DNA of 64,000 bases, from positions 76,738 to 140,737 of the forward strand of contig JAISAB010000002.1 of the NCBI GenBank assembly GCA_031266915.1, given 5' to 3'. Positions 25,859 through 35,626 of this stretch are shown piece after piece; the stretch's first letter is position 1, and every line of letters begins with the position of its first letter. The DNA is from Rickettsiales bacterium. Its GTDB lineage: Bacteria; Pseudomonadota; Alphaproteobacteria; Rs-D84. Made by a program: the position numbers and the translations under genes. The notes under the pieces are model-generated. The model was given only the letters and a program-made list of their open reading frames with translations, was not told where the DNA came from and ran no database searches.

Positions 25859-26722
25859 ATGCCTAAAACAAAAGCGTTCATCGGTACGGATATGGAAGGC
25901 ATATCAGGTACATGTGAATGGGACCATGTTGATGATGATTGCCTAGTTTATAGCCAATTCACACAAATTATGACTGATGAATTAAAAGCGATTTGTGCAA
26001 CAATTGGTAATAATGCAGGTATTACAATCCGCGATGGACATGCGTCAGCAAAAAATGTTATCGCATCACAAATGCCAAATAATGTTAATATGATACAGTA
26101 TTGGAATACCAATCCGCTTAATATGATGTTAGGATTGGACGATAGTTTTAGTTTTGCAATGCTGCACGGGTATCATTCGGCAGGCGGTTCTAATCTTTCG
26201 CCACTGGCACACACGTTCAGCAATGATAATTTTGTTAGTTTTAAATTAAACGACAAACTGGCCGGAGAAGGGACTTTTGCATTATATACCGCCGCATACT
26301 TTGATGTACCAATGATATACATTGTCGGGGATTCCGGATTTGTTGCGGAAATCAAAAAATTAAGCCCAAAAACAGTCGGAACTATAACAAAAGACTTTCC
26401 GAAACAAAAATTATTATCCCCTGAACAAGTTCTGAAAAATATCAAAAACGATTGTAAAAAAGCCGTTATAGGTTTTAATAAAAATCCCAATATGTGCAAA
26501 ATCAAATTACCAAAATCATTTAAACTTGAGATAACGTATGTTGATTCTCGACAAGCCAAGTTGCATGCACAAAAAATTCCAAACATAGAACTTCTAAACT
26601 CTACAACAGTTGGCTATGAAACAAATGACTATTTGGATTTGCTGACCGTCATGCGTCTATTAAAGCTAAAGATTCATCGTCAAAATATATTTTTAAAGAT
26701 TTATCGAAAATTGATAAAATAG
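25859..26722 (+). CDS. M55 family D-aminopeptidase (DppA-like)
   Basis: The N-terminus AFIGTDMEGISGTCEWDHV matches the DppA signature (ISaDMEGisGv..w). The region is AT-rich compared with its flanks. Confidence 0.7.
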   Translation: MPKTKAFIGTDMEGISGTCEWDHVDDDCLVYSQFTQIMTDELKAICATIGNNAGITIRDGHASAKNVIASQMPNNVNMIQYWNTNPLNMMLGLDDSFSFAMLHGYHSAGGSNLSPLAHTFSNDNFVSFKLNDKLAGEGTFALYTAAYFDVPMIYIVGDSGFVAEIKKLSPKTVGTITKDFPKQKLLSPEQVLKNIKNDCKKAVIGFNKNPNMCKIKLPKSFKLEITYVDSRQAKLHAQKIPNIELLNSTTVGYETNDYLDLLTVMRLLKLKIHRQNIFLKIYRKLIK

Positions 26723-26890
26723 TTCAATCACTACATTGACTCGTTCCGTGTATTTAGCGTTTGTCTAGAAATCCTATGTCGGCATGCTCTGCCGACCCCA
26801 AGCAAATATATAAACCAATAATGATAGTTTTATTTACTATTGAAAATTTATCTATTATATTTTACTTTATAAATGTAAAAAGGTCTTTAT

Positions 26891-27304
26891 ATGCAAATAC
26901 GCAAAGCAAAAACATCAGATATTACAGCCGTTATGGAATTATTGAAAACAACGGATTTTATAGACCAAGAAACATCTTATAACAATCCGGAGTATTTTGA
27001 ATATTCGGTTGATAGCGGAATTTTTTTTGTTGCAGAAAGCAATAATGAAGTTATCGGCATGATTCATGGCGAAATACTTATATCAAACGGCGCTGTTATT
27101 TGGTATTTCGTTGTCAAAGAAAATATGCGAAGTGGTGGTATCGGCAAGCAGTTGTTGGCAGCGTTTGAGCAAGACTCAAAAACCAAAGGCGCAAAATGGA
27201 TGTTCGGGTCGGGCGATATAAATTGGAGAACGATGAATTTTTATAAAACTAACGGATATGAATTTGGCGATACTTATATTGAATTTACAAAGGAACTACA
27301 TTAA
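26891..27304 (+). CDS. GNAT family N-acetyltransferase
   Basis: The core motif RSGGIGKQLLAAFEQDSKTKGAKWMF...NFYKTNGYEF is present. The gene lies on the same AT-rich islet as the M55 peptidase gene. Confidence 0.75.
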   Translation: MQIRKAKTSDITAVMELLKTTDFIDQETSYNNPEYFEYSVDSGIFFVAESNNEVIGMIHGEILISNGAVIWYFVVKENMRSGGIGKQLLAAFEQDSKTKGAKWMFGSGDINWRTMNFYKTNGYEFGDTYIEFTKELH

Positions 27305-27412
27305 CTCGTTCTGCGTATATAATGAATATATAATTTTTTGCTACCCCGATACGACTCGTTGTGCCGATACTATAAAAAATCCGCTGGGCGGCGGATTTTT
27401 CTATCGGATTAA

Positions 27413-27841
27413 TTATTTGCGTTTTTCGTATTCTTCGCGCTCTTCGACCGTCATCGTCGCGAATGGGCTGGCCAGCATTCTGGACAGGCCGATTTCGTCG
27501 CCCGAAACCACGCTGTATCCGTACGTGCCGTTTTCCATCCGTGCCAGCGCGGTGTCGATTTTTTTCAACAGGTTGTTACTGCGCTCGGAAAGCCTCAGGT
27601 TCATGGCGATTTCCTGTTCGAATGTTGAATTGTCCGGATCATCGCCGCCGCCGCCAGATTCGTTCTTTTCGGCCAGTTTGATAGAGTTCAAAACAGAATC
27701 GGAATCTTGCATCAATTCATCCCTCTGCGCGACCAACAGTCGGTAAAAGTACGCCAATTGCTCGGCAGACATATATTTCTCCGACTTTTTCGGAACGTAT
27801 TTCGGGTCCAAATCCAAGGTCTTGTAATTCTTTCCTGCCAT
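27413..27841 (-). CDS. dksA: RNA polymerase-binding transcription factor DksA (Cys-less variant)
   Basis: The coiled-coil region with the DxxDxA-like acidic tip (DSDSVLNSIKLAEKNESGGGGDDPD) and the C-terminal globular region are present. The zinc Cys residues are absent, as in some alphaproteobacterial DksA. Confidence 0.8.
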   Translation of the reverse strand: MAGKNYKTLDLDPKYVPKKSEKYMSAEQLAYFYRLLVAQRDELMQDSDSVLNSIKLAEKNESGGGGDDPDNSTFEQEIAMNLRLSERSNNLLKKIDTALARMENGTYGYSVVSGDEIGLSRMLASPFATMTVEEREEYEKRK

Positions 27842-27844
27842 ATC

Positions 27845-28165
27845 TTAATTTCCTTTGAGTTCCGCGACCCACGCCGCCAAAGTCTCGCCGTCCATGACGC
27901 CGGTGCGCGCTTCGACCAATTCGCCGTCCTTGAACGCCAGGACGCTGGGAATGCTGCGTATGCCGTACTGTGCGGGGGTGCGGCGATTGGCATCGTCGAT
28001 TTCGAATTTCAAAAAGGTCGCGTCCGCGATTTTTGCGGCGGTCGCCTCGAAAATAGGGCCGAACATCTGGCACGGACCGCACCACGACGCCCAAAAGTCA
28101 ACCAAAGTAATACCTTTGGCGATTTTGTCCGAAAAGTTCGCGTCAGCAACATGTTCCAAAGCCAT
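27845..28165 (-). CDS. trxA: thioredoxin
   Basis: The WCGPC active site, 106 aa and the canonical fold pattern are present. Confidence 0.92.
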   Translation of the reverse strand: MALEHVADANFSDKIAKGITLVDFWASWCGPCQMFGPIFEATAAKIADATFLKFEIDDANRRTPAQYGIRSIPSVLAFKDGELVEARTGVMDGETLAAWVAELKGN

Positions 28166-28357
28166 TTCTTTCTCCTTGATTATGAATATTAGACAACCAT
28201 ATTACAATGGTGGTAAAAGTCAAGGAAAAATGCCGTGCGTTCCCCTAATTCGTCGTGTATTTATTCATATGGATTTTACCCATCGCGCGATAATATTTCG
28301 TTGGAAAATCGCGAAATATATGGGATAATCCAGCATCACGCAGCAAAGGCGGCACGA

Positions 28358-29491
28358 ATGAGCGAAATCATATATCTGGACAGCGCGGCCAGCAGTCTGA
28401 AACCGAAATCCGTCATAGACGCCGAGGTTGATTTCCTGGCTAATCGATACGCCAACGCGGGGCGGGGAATCTGCGCACGCAGCGTCGCCGTCGACAAGAT
28501 GGTGGATTCGGCCCGCGCGCGCGTCGCAAAATTCATAAATGCGTCCACGGACAATATCGTTTTCACATCCGGCGCGACGGACGGGCTGAATCGAATCGTT
28601 CGGATGATAAGCGAATCGAATCTGTTGAACGAAAATATGGTCGCGATGGTGTCAGACCTGGACCATCACTCGGCGCGCATGCCATGGCAGCGGGCCGCCC
28701 GCCGTGGCGACGTTCGATTCGCGGTGTGCCCGCTGGATTCGGAATTCAATTTGGACATCTGCAAAATGCCGCGCGCGGACGTGTTCGTTATCACCGCCAT
28801 GTCCAACGTGCTGGGCCGGGCCCAAGACGTCAAAAAAATAATCTCCGCGGCGCGTGCGCTGAATCCCGATGTCGTGACAATCGTGGACGCGGCACAATAT
28901 ATCGCGCACCGGTCAATCGACGTTGCGGACTGGGATTGCGATTTCCTGTGTTTTTCAGCCCATAAAATCGGCGCCGACACCGGGCTGGGCGTGATGTACG
29001 TCAAAGAGCCCGAGAAATGGCGGCCCGACAAGTTCGGCGGCGGAATGGTTGCCAGGATACAGGCCGGCCCGTCTGCCACGGACGACATCGAATGGATTCT
29101 GGCGGATGGCCCCGCGCGGTTCGAGGCCGGAACGCTGCCGCTGACGCAAATCGCGGGATTGGCGCCGGCAATCGACTATTTGGAAAGTCACAGGCCGAAT
29201 CATAGGCTGATAAAATATCTGCACGGCGAATTGTCGCGGATAAAGGGACTGACGATTCTGACGAAACCTGACGACGCGCTGCTGACGTTCGTAGTCGACG
29301 GCATGCATTGTCTGGATTTTGGCGCCCTGATGGGCGCGCGCGGCGTTTGTCTGCGCGTCGGAAATATGTGCGCGACCTGGATGTATAACGTGCTGGGGTA
29401 TGCGGGCTCTATCCGCATATCGGTCGGTCCGTGGAATACGATGGACGAGATGGAGCGCGTTGCCGATATAATAAATAAGATAATAAAATGA
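28358..29491 (+). CDS. sufS: cysteine desulfurase / class V aminotransferase (SufS-like)
   Basis: The N-terminus MSEIIYLDSAASS and the PLP-lysine region FSAHKIGADTGLGVMY are present. It is followed by sufT and sufE. The ORF extends to 28235 but the ATG at 28358 matches family N-termini. Confidence 0.8.
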   Translation: MSEIIYLDSAASSLKPKSVIDAEVDFLANRYANAGRGICARSVAVDKMVDSARARVAKFINASTDNIVFTSGATDGLNRIVRMISESNLLNENMVAMVSDLDHHSARMPWQRAARRGDVRFAVCPLDSEFNLDICKMPRADVFVITAMSNVLGRAQDVKKIISAARALNPDVVTIVDAAQYIAHRSIDVADWDCDFLCFSAHKIGADTGLGVMYVKEPEKWRPDKFGGGMVARIQAGPSATDDIEWILADGPARFEAGTLPLTQIAGLAPAIDYLESHRPNHRLIKYLHGELSRIKGLTILTKPDDALLTFVVDGMHCLDFGALMGARGVCLRVGNMCATWMYNVLGYAGSIRISVGPWNTMDEMERVADIINKIIK

Positions 29492-29823
29492 ATGATACAA
29501 ATGCAATGGATTCCCGCCTGCGCGGGAATATTATCGAAGCGCTGAAAACCGTCTATGACCCGGAAATCCCCGTAAACATATGGGATTTGGGATTGGTTTA
29601 TGGCGTCGATATTGCCAACGGCCGCATAGTCGTCACGATGACTTTTACCAGTCCGACATGTCCCATGATGGAGGAATTGCTGGCCATGGTCAAGTTGGCG
29701 GCGGAATCCGCCGCGGGCGTGGGCAACGTCGACGTAGAGTTGGTCTGGGACCCGCCCTGGGACATATCCAGGATGTCCGAAGCGGCCCGGCTTGAACTGG
29801 ATTTGACAGAGCAGGGCTGGTAA
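29488..29823 (+). CDS. sufT: Fe-S assembly protein SufT (DUF59/MIP18 family)
   Basis: YDPEIPVNIWDLGLVYGVDI...VTMTFTSPTCPM matches the DUF59 signature. The start overlaps the sufS stop. Confidence 0.8.
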   Translation: MNDTNAMDSRLRGNIIEALKTVYDPEIPVNIWDLGLVYGVDIANGRIVVTMTFTSPTCPMMEELLAMVKLAAESAAGVGNVDVELVWDPPWDISRMSEAARLELDLTEQGW

Positions 29824-29842
29824 CGCGCTGCACGGGGGTAAA

Positions 29843-30205
29843 ATGGAATACGACGAGATTAAAAAGATTCTGCTGGCGATACCTGACCCGGTCGAGAAAC
29901 TGGAAACGGTCATGGATTTCAGCCGGCACTTGGCGCCGATACCCCAGTCCGCCGCATGCGCCGAGATTTCCGGATGCGCGTCCCGGGTCCGCATATGTCG
30001 CGCGGACAACCGTTTTTACGGTTGGGCGGATTCGGCGCTGGTTCGCGGCGTCGTCGCCATAATCATTTCCATGGTCGATGGAAAAACGCCCGCGCAAATC
30101 AAGGAAACTGACATCGGCGCCGAATTCGCGGCGCTGCGGCTGGACCTGGGGGCGGGTCGGATGAACGGCGTCAATTCTATGATTCGTTTTTTGCGGAATT
30201 TATGA
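29843..30205 (+). CDS. sufE: cysteine desulfuration protein SufE
   Basis: The active-site region EISGCASRVRI (GC.S.VW in SufE) and the overall length fit SufE. Confidence 0.8.
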   Translation: MEYDEIKKILLAIPDPVEKLETVMDFSRHLAPIPQSAACAEISGCASRVRICRADNRFYGWADSALVRGVVAIIISMVDGKTPAQIKETDIGAEFAALRLDLGAGRMNGVNSMIRFLRNL

Positions 30206-30242
30206 TAGACTGGAAGCAAAACGGCAAAGGGGGATTCAAACC

Positions 30243-30533
30243 ATGGATGACGAAAGCGAACAGATGTTTCATTGGGGCTTGGGACTGGCGATGGCCGTGC
30301 TGATGCTGACCGCCGGCCTGCAGGTGTGCTATCGCGTCCAGGACAAGACCCGCGCCCGCATTCGTGCGGAAATCGTCAAGACACAACAGGAAACATCCGC
30401 CGCCGCCGCGAATTTCGCGTCGTTCGTCAGGCCTGAAATCCTGCGCAATCTGGTGACCAGCATTTATCCAAAGGCCGAGGTCGTCAGCTTTAAAAAATCC
30501 GTCGCAATCGACGAACTGCCGGTTATTGAATAA
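30243..30533 (+). CDS. FtsL-like small bitopic protein preceding ftsI
   Basis: 96 aa with a single TM helix (WGLGLAMAVLMLTAGLQVCY). The stop overlaps the ftsI start. The assignment rests on position only. Confidence 0.4.
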   Translation: MDDESEQMFHWGLGLAMAVLMLTAGLQVCYRVQDKTRARIRAEIVKTQQETSAAAANFASFVRPEILRNLVTSIYPKAEVVSFKKSVAIDELPVIE

Positions 30534-32158
30534 TGTTCGAAGTCGGAAAAGATGTTTTAAAGAACGGTTTTAAAGTCTCGGGCGCGGACGGGACGGGGCG
30601 CCGACGCCTGCAGATAATCTATTCGTTGTTCGTTATCGCTTTCGTAGTATTCGTCATCCGGACGCTGTCGCTGGGGGTTCAGGGAACGGACCGCGCGCGC
30701 CGCGGCAACGGCGCGGGCGCGTGGACCGTATCGCGCGCTGATATTGTCGACCGCAACGGCGACATCTTGGCCAAAAACGTCATGTCAGGGCACATCGTTT
30801 TGCGCCCCGCCCAAGTTGGTGACAGGGACGCGGTCGCCGCGCTGATTCATGACACTCTGCCCGCCGAATATACTGTGGCGGACGCGCTGAGGCTGATGGA
30901 TTCCGGCCGCCGCTTTATCTATGTCAAGAAACTGGCGTCGCCGCGCCAGCGCGAATCGATTATGACCGCGAAATTGCCGGGCCTGGATGTCGAGCAGGTC
31001 CAGACGCGCAAGTATCCTAAACGCCGGCTGTTCTCGCATATCGTGGGATTCGTCGGCAACGACGGTCGCGGACTGGAAGGGGCAGAGAGAATCTATGACA
31101 GCTATCTGGGCGAGAATAAAGACCCGCTGCGCTTGTCGCTGGATTCGCGCATTCAGTCCGTGTTCTACGAGCAGCTGTCCGTCGCCATGCAGAAATACCG
31201 GGCTGTGGCGGCGATGGGCATGCTGATGAATTCGCGCACCGGCGAAATGGTGGCGATTGTATCGCTGCCGGATTACGACCCGGAAAACCTGAATTCGGAC
31301 CCGGCCGCCAGCCGCATGTTCATGCCGCTGCGCGGTGTTTTCGAAATGGGTTCCATTTTCAAGATATTCAATACGGCGATGGCATATGAATACGGCATCG
31401 ACAAGGAATTCTATATTGAAAAGCCGTACAAAGTACTGGACAAGTTCGGCCGGACGGCGGCGACCATCAGCGATGTCCGCAGCTTTAAGCCACCGCGGCC
31501 GTATCTGTCCGTGGCGGAAATCATGCTGCATTCGTCAAATCCGGGCTCTGCGCAGATTGCGCTGGAATTGCCGGACGGCGCTCAGCGCGAATTCTTTGGG
31601 CGCGTTCATATGGACCAGGCGCTGCAATTGGAATTCGGCCGGACAGAAAAGCCTTTGATGCCGCAGAAATGGGGTCCGGTGGAAAAGGCGACGGTCGCGT
31701 TCGGACACGGAATTTCCGTGACGCCGATGCATACGCTGCTGGCGGTCAACGCGATGACGAACGGCGGCATATATATCTATCCTACATTGCAAAAGCGCGC
31801 GGTCGGCGCGGTCAGCGGCGGGCGCGTGATGTCTCCGGCAATATCCGAAATACTGCGCGGAATCATGTTCCGCGTGGCCGAAGAAACCAGCGCCAAGCAG
31901 GCCCGCATCGCCGGAATCAACATCGGCGGCAAAACGGCCACCGCGGAAAAGCGCGTGAATGGGATAATCGACCACAAAAAGAATCTGACCGCGTTCATCG
32001 GCGCATTTCCAATCGAAGCGCCGCAGTACACTATTCTAGTCGTTCTGGACGAGCCGCAGGGCACGGTCGAGACATGGAACCTGAGAACCGCCGCATGGAA
32101 TGCCGTGCCGACCACGGGCAAGATTTTGGACAGTATCTTGCCGCTGCTGTTCGATTGA
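30533..32158 (+). CDS. ftsI: peptidoglycan D,D-transpeptidase (class B PBP, FtsI-like)
   Basis: The N-terminal TM helix, the dimerisation domain and the transpeptidase motifs SIFK (SxxK), SSN and KTG (GGKTATAE) are present. Confidence 0.85.
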   Translation: MFEVGKDVLKNGFKVSGADGTGRRRLQIIYSLFVIAFVVFVIRTLSLGVQGTDRARRGNGAGAWTVSRADIVDRNGDILAKNVMSGHIVLRPAQVGDRDAVAALIHDTLPAEYTVADALRLMDSGRRFIYVKKLASPRQRESIMTAKLPGLDVEQVQTRKYPKRRLFSHIVGFVGNDGRGLEGAERIYDSYLGENKDPLRLSLDSRIQSVFYEQLSVAMQKYRAVAAMGMLMNSRTGEMVAIVSLPDYDPENLNSDPAASRMFMPLRGVFEMGSIFKIFNTAMAYEYGIDKEFYIEKPYKVLDKFGRTAATISDVRSFKPPRPYLSVAEIMLHSSNPGSAQIALELPDGAQREFFGRVHMDQALQLEFGRTEKPLMPQKWGPVEKATVAFGHGISVTPMHTLLAVNAMTNGGIYIYPTLQKRAVGAVSGGRVMSPAISEILRGIMFRVAEETSAKQARIAGINIGGKTATAEKRVNGIIDHKKNLTAFIGAFPIEAPQYTILVVLDEPQGTVETWNLRTAAWNAVPTTGKILDSILPLLFD

Positions 32159-32185
32159 AATTAATTTTCCACCCGGAATTGCATT

Positions 32186-32242
32186 GCACGTAAAAAATGC
32201 CCCTCATGTACGCCTTGTACACTACGGGGCATTTTTTACGTG
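32186..32242 (+). terminator. long hairpin repeat downstream of ftsI (same family as 21128-21182)
   Basis: cacgtaaaaaatgcccctcatgtacgccttgtacactacggggcattttttacgtg, followed by gcagtcaacccaact. Confidence 0.5.
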
Positions 32243-32261
32243 CAGTCAACCCAACTGATAA

Positions 32262-32395
32262 AATTAAAATAATCATTAGTCATTAGTTATTAGTGCTTAG
32301 TGATTAGTTGATAGTGCATAGTTAACTAGTTCACTAATAACTAAGCACTATGCACTATACACTAATGGTTATTGACTATGGACTAATGATTATTT
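32262..32395. repeat. tagt-rich imperfect palindrome (~130 bp)
   Basis: ttagtgcttagtgattagttgatagtgcatag...cactaataactaagcactatgcactatacactaatgg has complementary arms. Confidence 0.45.
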
Positions 32396-32434
32396 CCTTG
32401 CTATAATCGGAGCGAGAATAAAAAAGAGATTGCG

Positions 32435-34183
32435 TTGAAAACGATAGTGGAAAAATCCATGCTAGGCAGGGCCTGGGTTGTGGATTCTGGGGCGGATTCC
32501 ACTCCGTCCCTGACAGATGCTTCGGGCGATGATTTGGTCGGGCGGATATTGGCGCGCCGCGGTGTCACAACGCCGGGCGACATCGAAAAATTCCTGAACC
32601 CCAGCGTCAAGGAATACATGCCAGACCCCAGCCATCTGATGGATATGGACAATGCTGCGCGCATCATCGCCGACAATATCGTTCAAGAGAATAAGATCGC
32701 AATCTATGGCGATTATGACGTCGACGGAATAACTTCCACCGCGATTTTTGTGAAATACCTGCGGGAACTGGGCGCCGACGTCATATGGCATCTGCCTACG
32801 CGCGAGGGCGAGGGATACGGATTAAACTGCGAGGCCATCAATGCCATCGGCGCCGAGGGCGCGAAACTGATAATCACCGTGGATTGCGGAATCAGCGGCG
32901 TGAACGAGGTCGACTGCGCGAAGAAAAGGGGAATGCAGGTCGTCGTGACCGACCATCATTTGCCGGATTCGGTTTTGCCGTCCGCGGACGCGATTGTGAA
33001 TCCAAAACGCGACGGGGACACATCGGATTTGTCTTATCTGGCGGGTGTGGGCGTCGCGTTTCTGGCGCTGGTCGCGGTCAGCCGCGAATTGCGCCGGCGC
33101 GGCGGATTCCCGGAAATAAATCTGATGAATTATCTGGACTTGGTGGCGCTGGGGACAATATGCGACACGATGCCGCTGGTCGGGTTGAACCGCGCGTTCG
33201 TCGCGACGGGGTTGAAAGTGCTGTCGCTGCGCCGGAATATGGGCCTGAGGGTTTTGATGGAAATCGCCGGCATCAAAAAAACATCCGTTTACGCCGCCGG
33301 ATTCGCAATCGGCCCCAGGTTGAACGCCGCGGGGCGGCTGGATTCGGCCTCGCCGGCGCTGGAATTATTGCTGACGGACAATATACTGGTCGCGCACGAT
33401 TTGGCGAACAAGCTGCATCGGATGAACCAGGAACGCATAGACATTCAGAACGTCATCATGCTGCAGGCGACCGAGATGGCGGAAAAATGCCGCCAATCGG
33501 GAAAGTGCAGCCTGTTCGTCTGCGGCGACAACTGGCACGGCGGGGTAATGGGAATCATAGCCGGCCGGTTAAAGGATAAATTCAATCTGCCGTGCTGCGT
33601 CGCGACGAAATCAGACGGCGTGATAAACGGGTCGGGCCGTTCCATCGCGGGCGTCGATTTGGGAAAAATAATTCACGACGCCTTGGCGGCCGGCATAGTA
33701 TCCGAGGGCGGCGGCCACGCGGCGGCCGCGGGCTTTACATTGAACGCAGAAAACGAAGTGGCGTTTTGCGAATTTCTGGAACGCGCCGTCAATGACCAGT
33801 TGAACGGCGAAATACCGACCCGGGAAATTATGGTCGACGCCGAAATCGACGCGGGCGCGGCGGACATGAGGCTGGTTGAAAAACTGGCGTCGCTGGAACC
33901 GTTCGGCCAGGAAAATCCGGAACCGACGCTGGCGCTGCACGGCGCGACGCTGCGGTTCGCGTCGGTCATGGGCGGCGGGGCGCATCTGCGCGGAACGGTC
34001 GCGACCAGCCGCGGGACGCAACTGGCGTTTGTCGGGTTTAACCTGAGCGGTACGCCAATCGGCGATTTTTTGCTGGACGATGCCAACACAAACACTAAAA
34101 TGACAATGTTGGGCAAGCTGAAAGAAAACGAATACAACGGCCGGGTGTCGGCGCAATTCGTTTTGGAAGACTTGTTCGTGTAA
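32435..34183 (+). CDS. recJ: single-stranded-DNA-specific exonuclease RecJ
   Basis: DHH motifs (IYGDYDVDGITS, VTDHH), a DHHA1 region (GGGHAAAAGF) and a C-terminal OB-fold domain are present. The start is TTG at 32435 or ATG at 32459. Confidence 0.9.
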   Translation: MKTIVEKSMLGRAWVVDSGADSTPSLTDASGDDLVGRILARRGVTTPGDIEKFLNPSVKEYMPDPSHLMDMDNAARIIADNIVQENKIAIYGDYDVDGITSTAIFVKYLRELGADVIWHLPTREGEGYGLNCEAINAIGAEGAKLIITVDCGISGVNEVDCAKKRGMQVVVTDHHLPDSVLPSADAIVNPKRDGDTSDLSYLAGVGVAFLALVAVSRELRRRGGFPEINLMNYLDLVALGTICDTMPLVGLNRAFVATGLKVLSLRRNMGLRVLMEIAGIKKTSVYAAGFAIGPRLNAAGRLDSASPALELLLTDNILVAHDLANKLHRMNQERIDIQNVIMLQATEMAEKCRQSGKCSLFVCGDNWHGGVMGIIAGRLKDKFNLPCCVATKSDGVINGSGRSIAGVDLGKIIHDALAAGIVSEGGGHAAAAGFTLNAENEVAFCEFLERAVNDQLNGEIPTREIMVDAEIDAGAADMRLVEKLASLEPFGQENPEPTLALHGATLRFASVMGGGAHLRGTVATSRGTQLAFVGFNLSGTPIGDFLLDDANTNTKMTMLGKLKENEYNGRVSAQFVLEDLFV

Positions 34184-34202
34184 CGACGGAAAGGTTTTTT
34201 AT

Positions 34203-34826
34203 ATGAGAAAAATATTCGCTTTGTGTTCGGTTGTTTTCGCCCTGTGCGCCGCCTGCGCGGCGCGCGGCGCGCCGGACAAGAATCTGGTGGCAGCGGCCGA
34301 AACTTATCTGAATTCGATTACCGGGCTGTCCGGAAATTTCAACCAGACGGCAAACGGCAAAAAAAATTCAGGAACGTTTTCCATGCTGCGCCCAGGCAAG
34401 GTCCGCCTGGATTACCGGGATATGCCGGTACAGCTGATTTCGGACGGCAAGGATTTGTATTTCTTTGACCGGTCTCTGGACCAAATCACGACCGTGCCGC
34501 TGACCAGCACGCCGGCCGGCATTCTGGTTCGTAAGAATATAAACCTGCACAATTCCGATATTGTGGTGACCGAATCCAAGCAGAACAAAGACACTTTTTC
34601 GCTGGCAATGCATATGAAAGACAACGAGGGCGCCGGCCATATGATTGTCGCGTTCGACAACGCGCCGGTAAAGCTGAATTCGTGGACAGTTATGGACGCG
34701 ACCGGCAACAAGACCGACGTCGCGTTCGACGGGCTGAAAGCAAAGACGGATTTCGCAAAGAATTATTTCCAAATCCAGCGCCACAAGACCGTGTCGACCG
34801 CCGGGGGCGATTCGTATTATGATTAG
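34203..34826 (+). CDS. lolA: outer-membrane lipoprotein carrier protein LolA
   Basis: Signal peptide, the F.Q pattern (SGNFNQTANG), GTFSMLRPGKVRLDY and the overall LolA beta-barrel pattern are present. Confidence 0.75.
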   Translation: MRKIFALCSVVFALCAACAARGAPDKNLVAAAETYLNSITGLSGNFNQTANGKKNSGTFSMLRPGKVRLDYRDMPVQLISDGKDLYFFDRSLDQITTVPLTSTPAGILVRKNINLHNSDIVVTESKQNKDTFSLAMHMKDNEGAGHMIVAFDNAPVKLNSWTVMDATGNKTDVAFDGLKAKTDFAKNYFQIQRHKTVSTAGGDSYYD

Positions 34827-35301
34827 GATAACGCGACAAGATTTGGAATTTATGTCCCGGGCGATAGGCTTGTCGGCGCGCAGCGCGAAAAAGCGCCGGC
34901 CTGACGGCGGTCCATTCGGCGCGGTCGTCGTCAGGGGTAGAAAAATTATCGGGCGGGGATTCAATCGTGTCTTGGCCGATAATGACCCAACGGCGCACGG
35001 CGAGGTAATGGCAATCAGGGACGCGTGCAGAAAAATAAAGAGTTTCGATTTATCGGGCTGCGTTCTTTATACCAGCTGCAAGCCATGCCCAATGTGTTTG
35101 GCGGCCTGCCAATGGGCGAACATTGCGCAAGTGTTTTACGCGGCCGAATCGCGCGATGCGGCCAAATTGGGATTCCGGGATTCGATAATGTACAAGGAAT
35201 TCGAAAAGCCCAATGCCGGCGTTAAAATAAAATCCTGCGCGAAACAGGCAGCGGAAGCCATGCATGCATGGCATGAAAAGTTCGCAAAGGAAATATATTA
35301 A
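34819..35301 (+). CDS. nucleoside/tRNA deaminase (CDA fold, TadA/GuaD-like)
   Basis: The zinc-binding motifs HGEVMAI and CKPCPMC (HAE...PC..C) are present. Confidence 0.8.
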   Translation: MIRITRQDLEFMSRAIGLSARSAKKRRPDGGPFGAVVVRGRKIIGRGFNRVLADNDPTAHGEVMAIRDACRKIKSFDLSGCVLYTSCKPCPMCLAACQWANIAQVFYAAESRDAAKLGFRDSIMYKEFEKPNAGVKIKSCAKQAAEAMHAWHEKFAKEIY

Positions 35302-35302
35302 A

Positions 35303-35626
35303 ATGTTCGGGATTAGCTGGGCGGAACTCTTGGTCGTATTGTTGGTGGCGGTGCTGGTTATCCCAGTGAAGCACTGGCCCGATGTCGCCCGTTTCGTGGC
35401 GCGTTGCGTGAAATTCGTCCGCGATTTGATTTGGAAAATTTCCGACGCGACCGAGAATATCAAAGAGCAAATCGATTTGGAAAAGCCTATCGATGACTTG
35501 ATTAAACATACGACGGAAGATGTTCTGGCCAATTTTTCCGACGCGCTGCCAAAGAAAGCGAAGCCGGCCGTTAAAAAGAAAACGTCCAGTGCAAATCTGA
35601 AATCCAAAGCAAGGGGCGCGAAATGA
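35303..35626 (+). CDS. tatB: twin-arginine translocase subunit TatB-like (TatA/B family)
   Basis: MFGISWAELLVVLLVAVLVIPVKHWPDVARFV is an N-terminal TM helix plus amphipathic helix. The gene is immediately upstream of, and overlapping, tatC. Confidence 0.7.
   Translation: MFGISWAELLVVLLVAVLVIPVKHWPDVARFVARCVKFVRDLIWKISDATENIKEQIDLEKPIDDLIKHTTEDVLANFSDALPKKAKPAVKKKTSSANLKSKARGAK

Noticed and set aside
32262-32395. Possible CRISPR array among the short palindromic and tagt-rich repeats
   Set aside because: The repeats are single palindromes or inverted arms, not regularly spaced direct repeats with unique spacers. No cas genes are present in the window.
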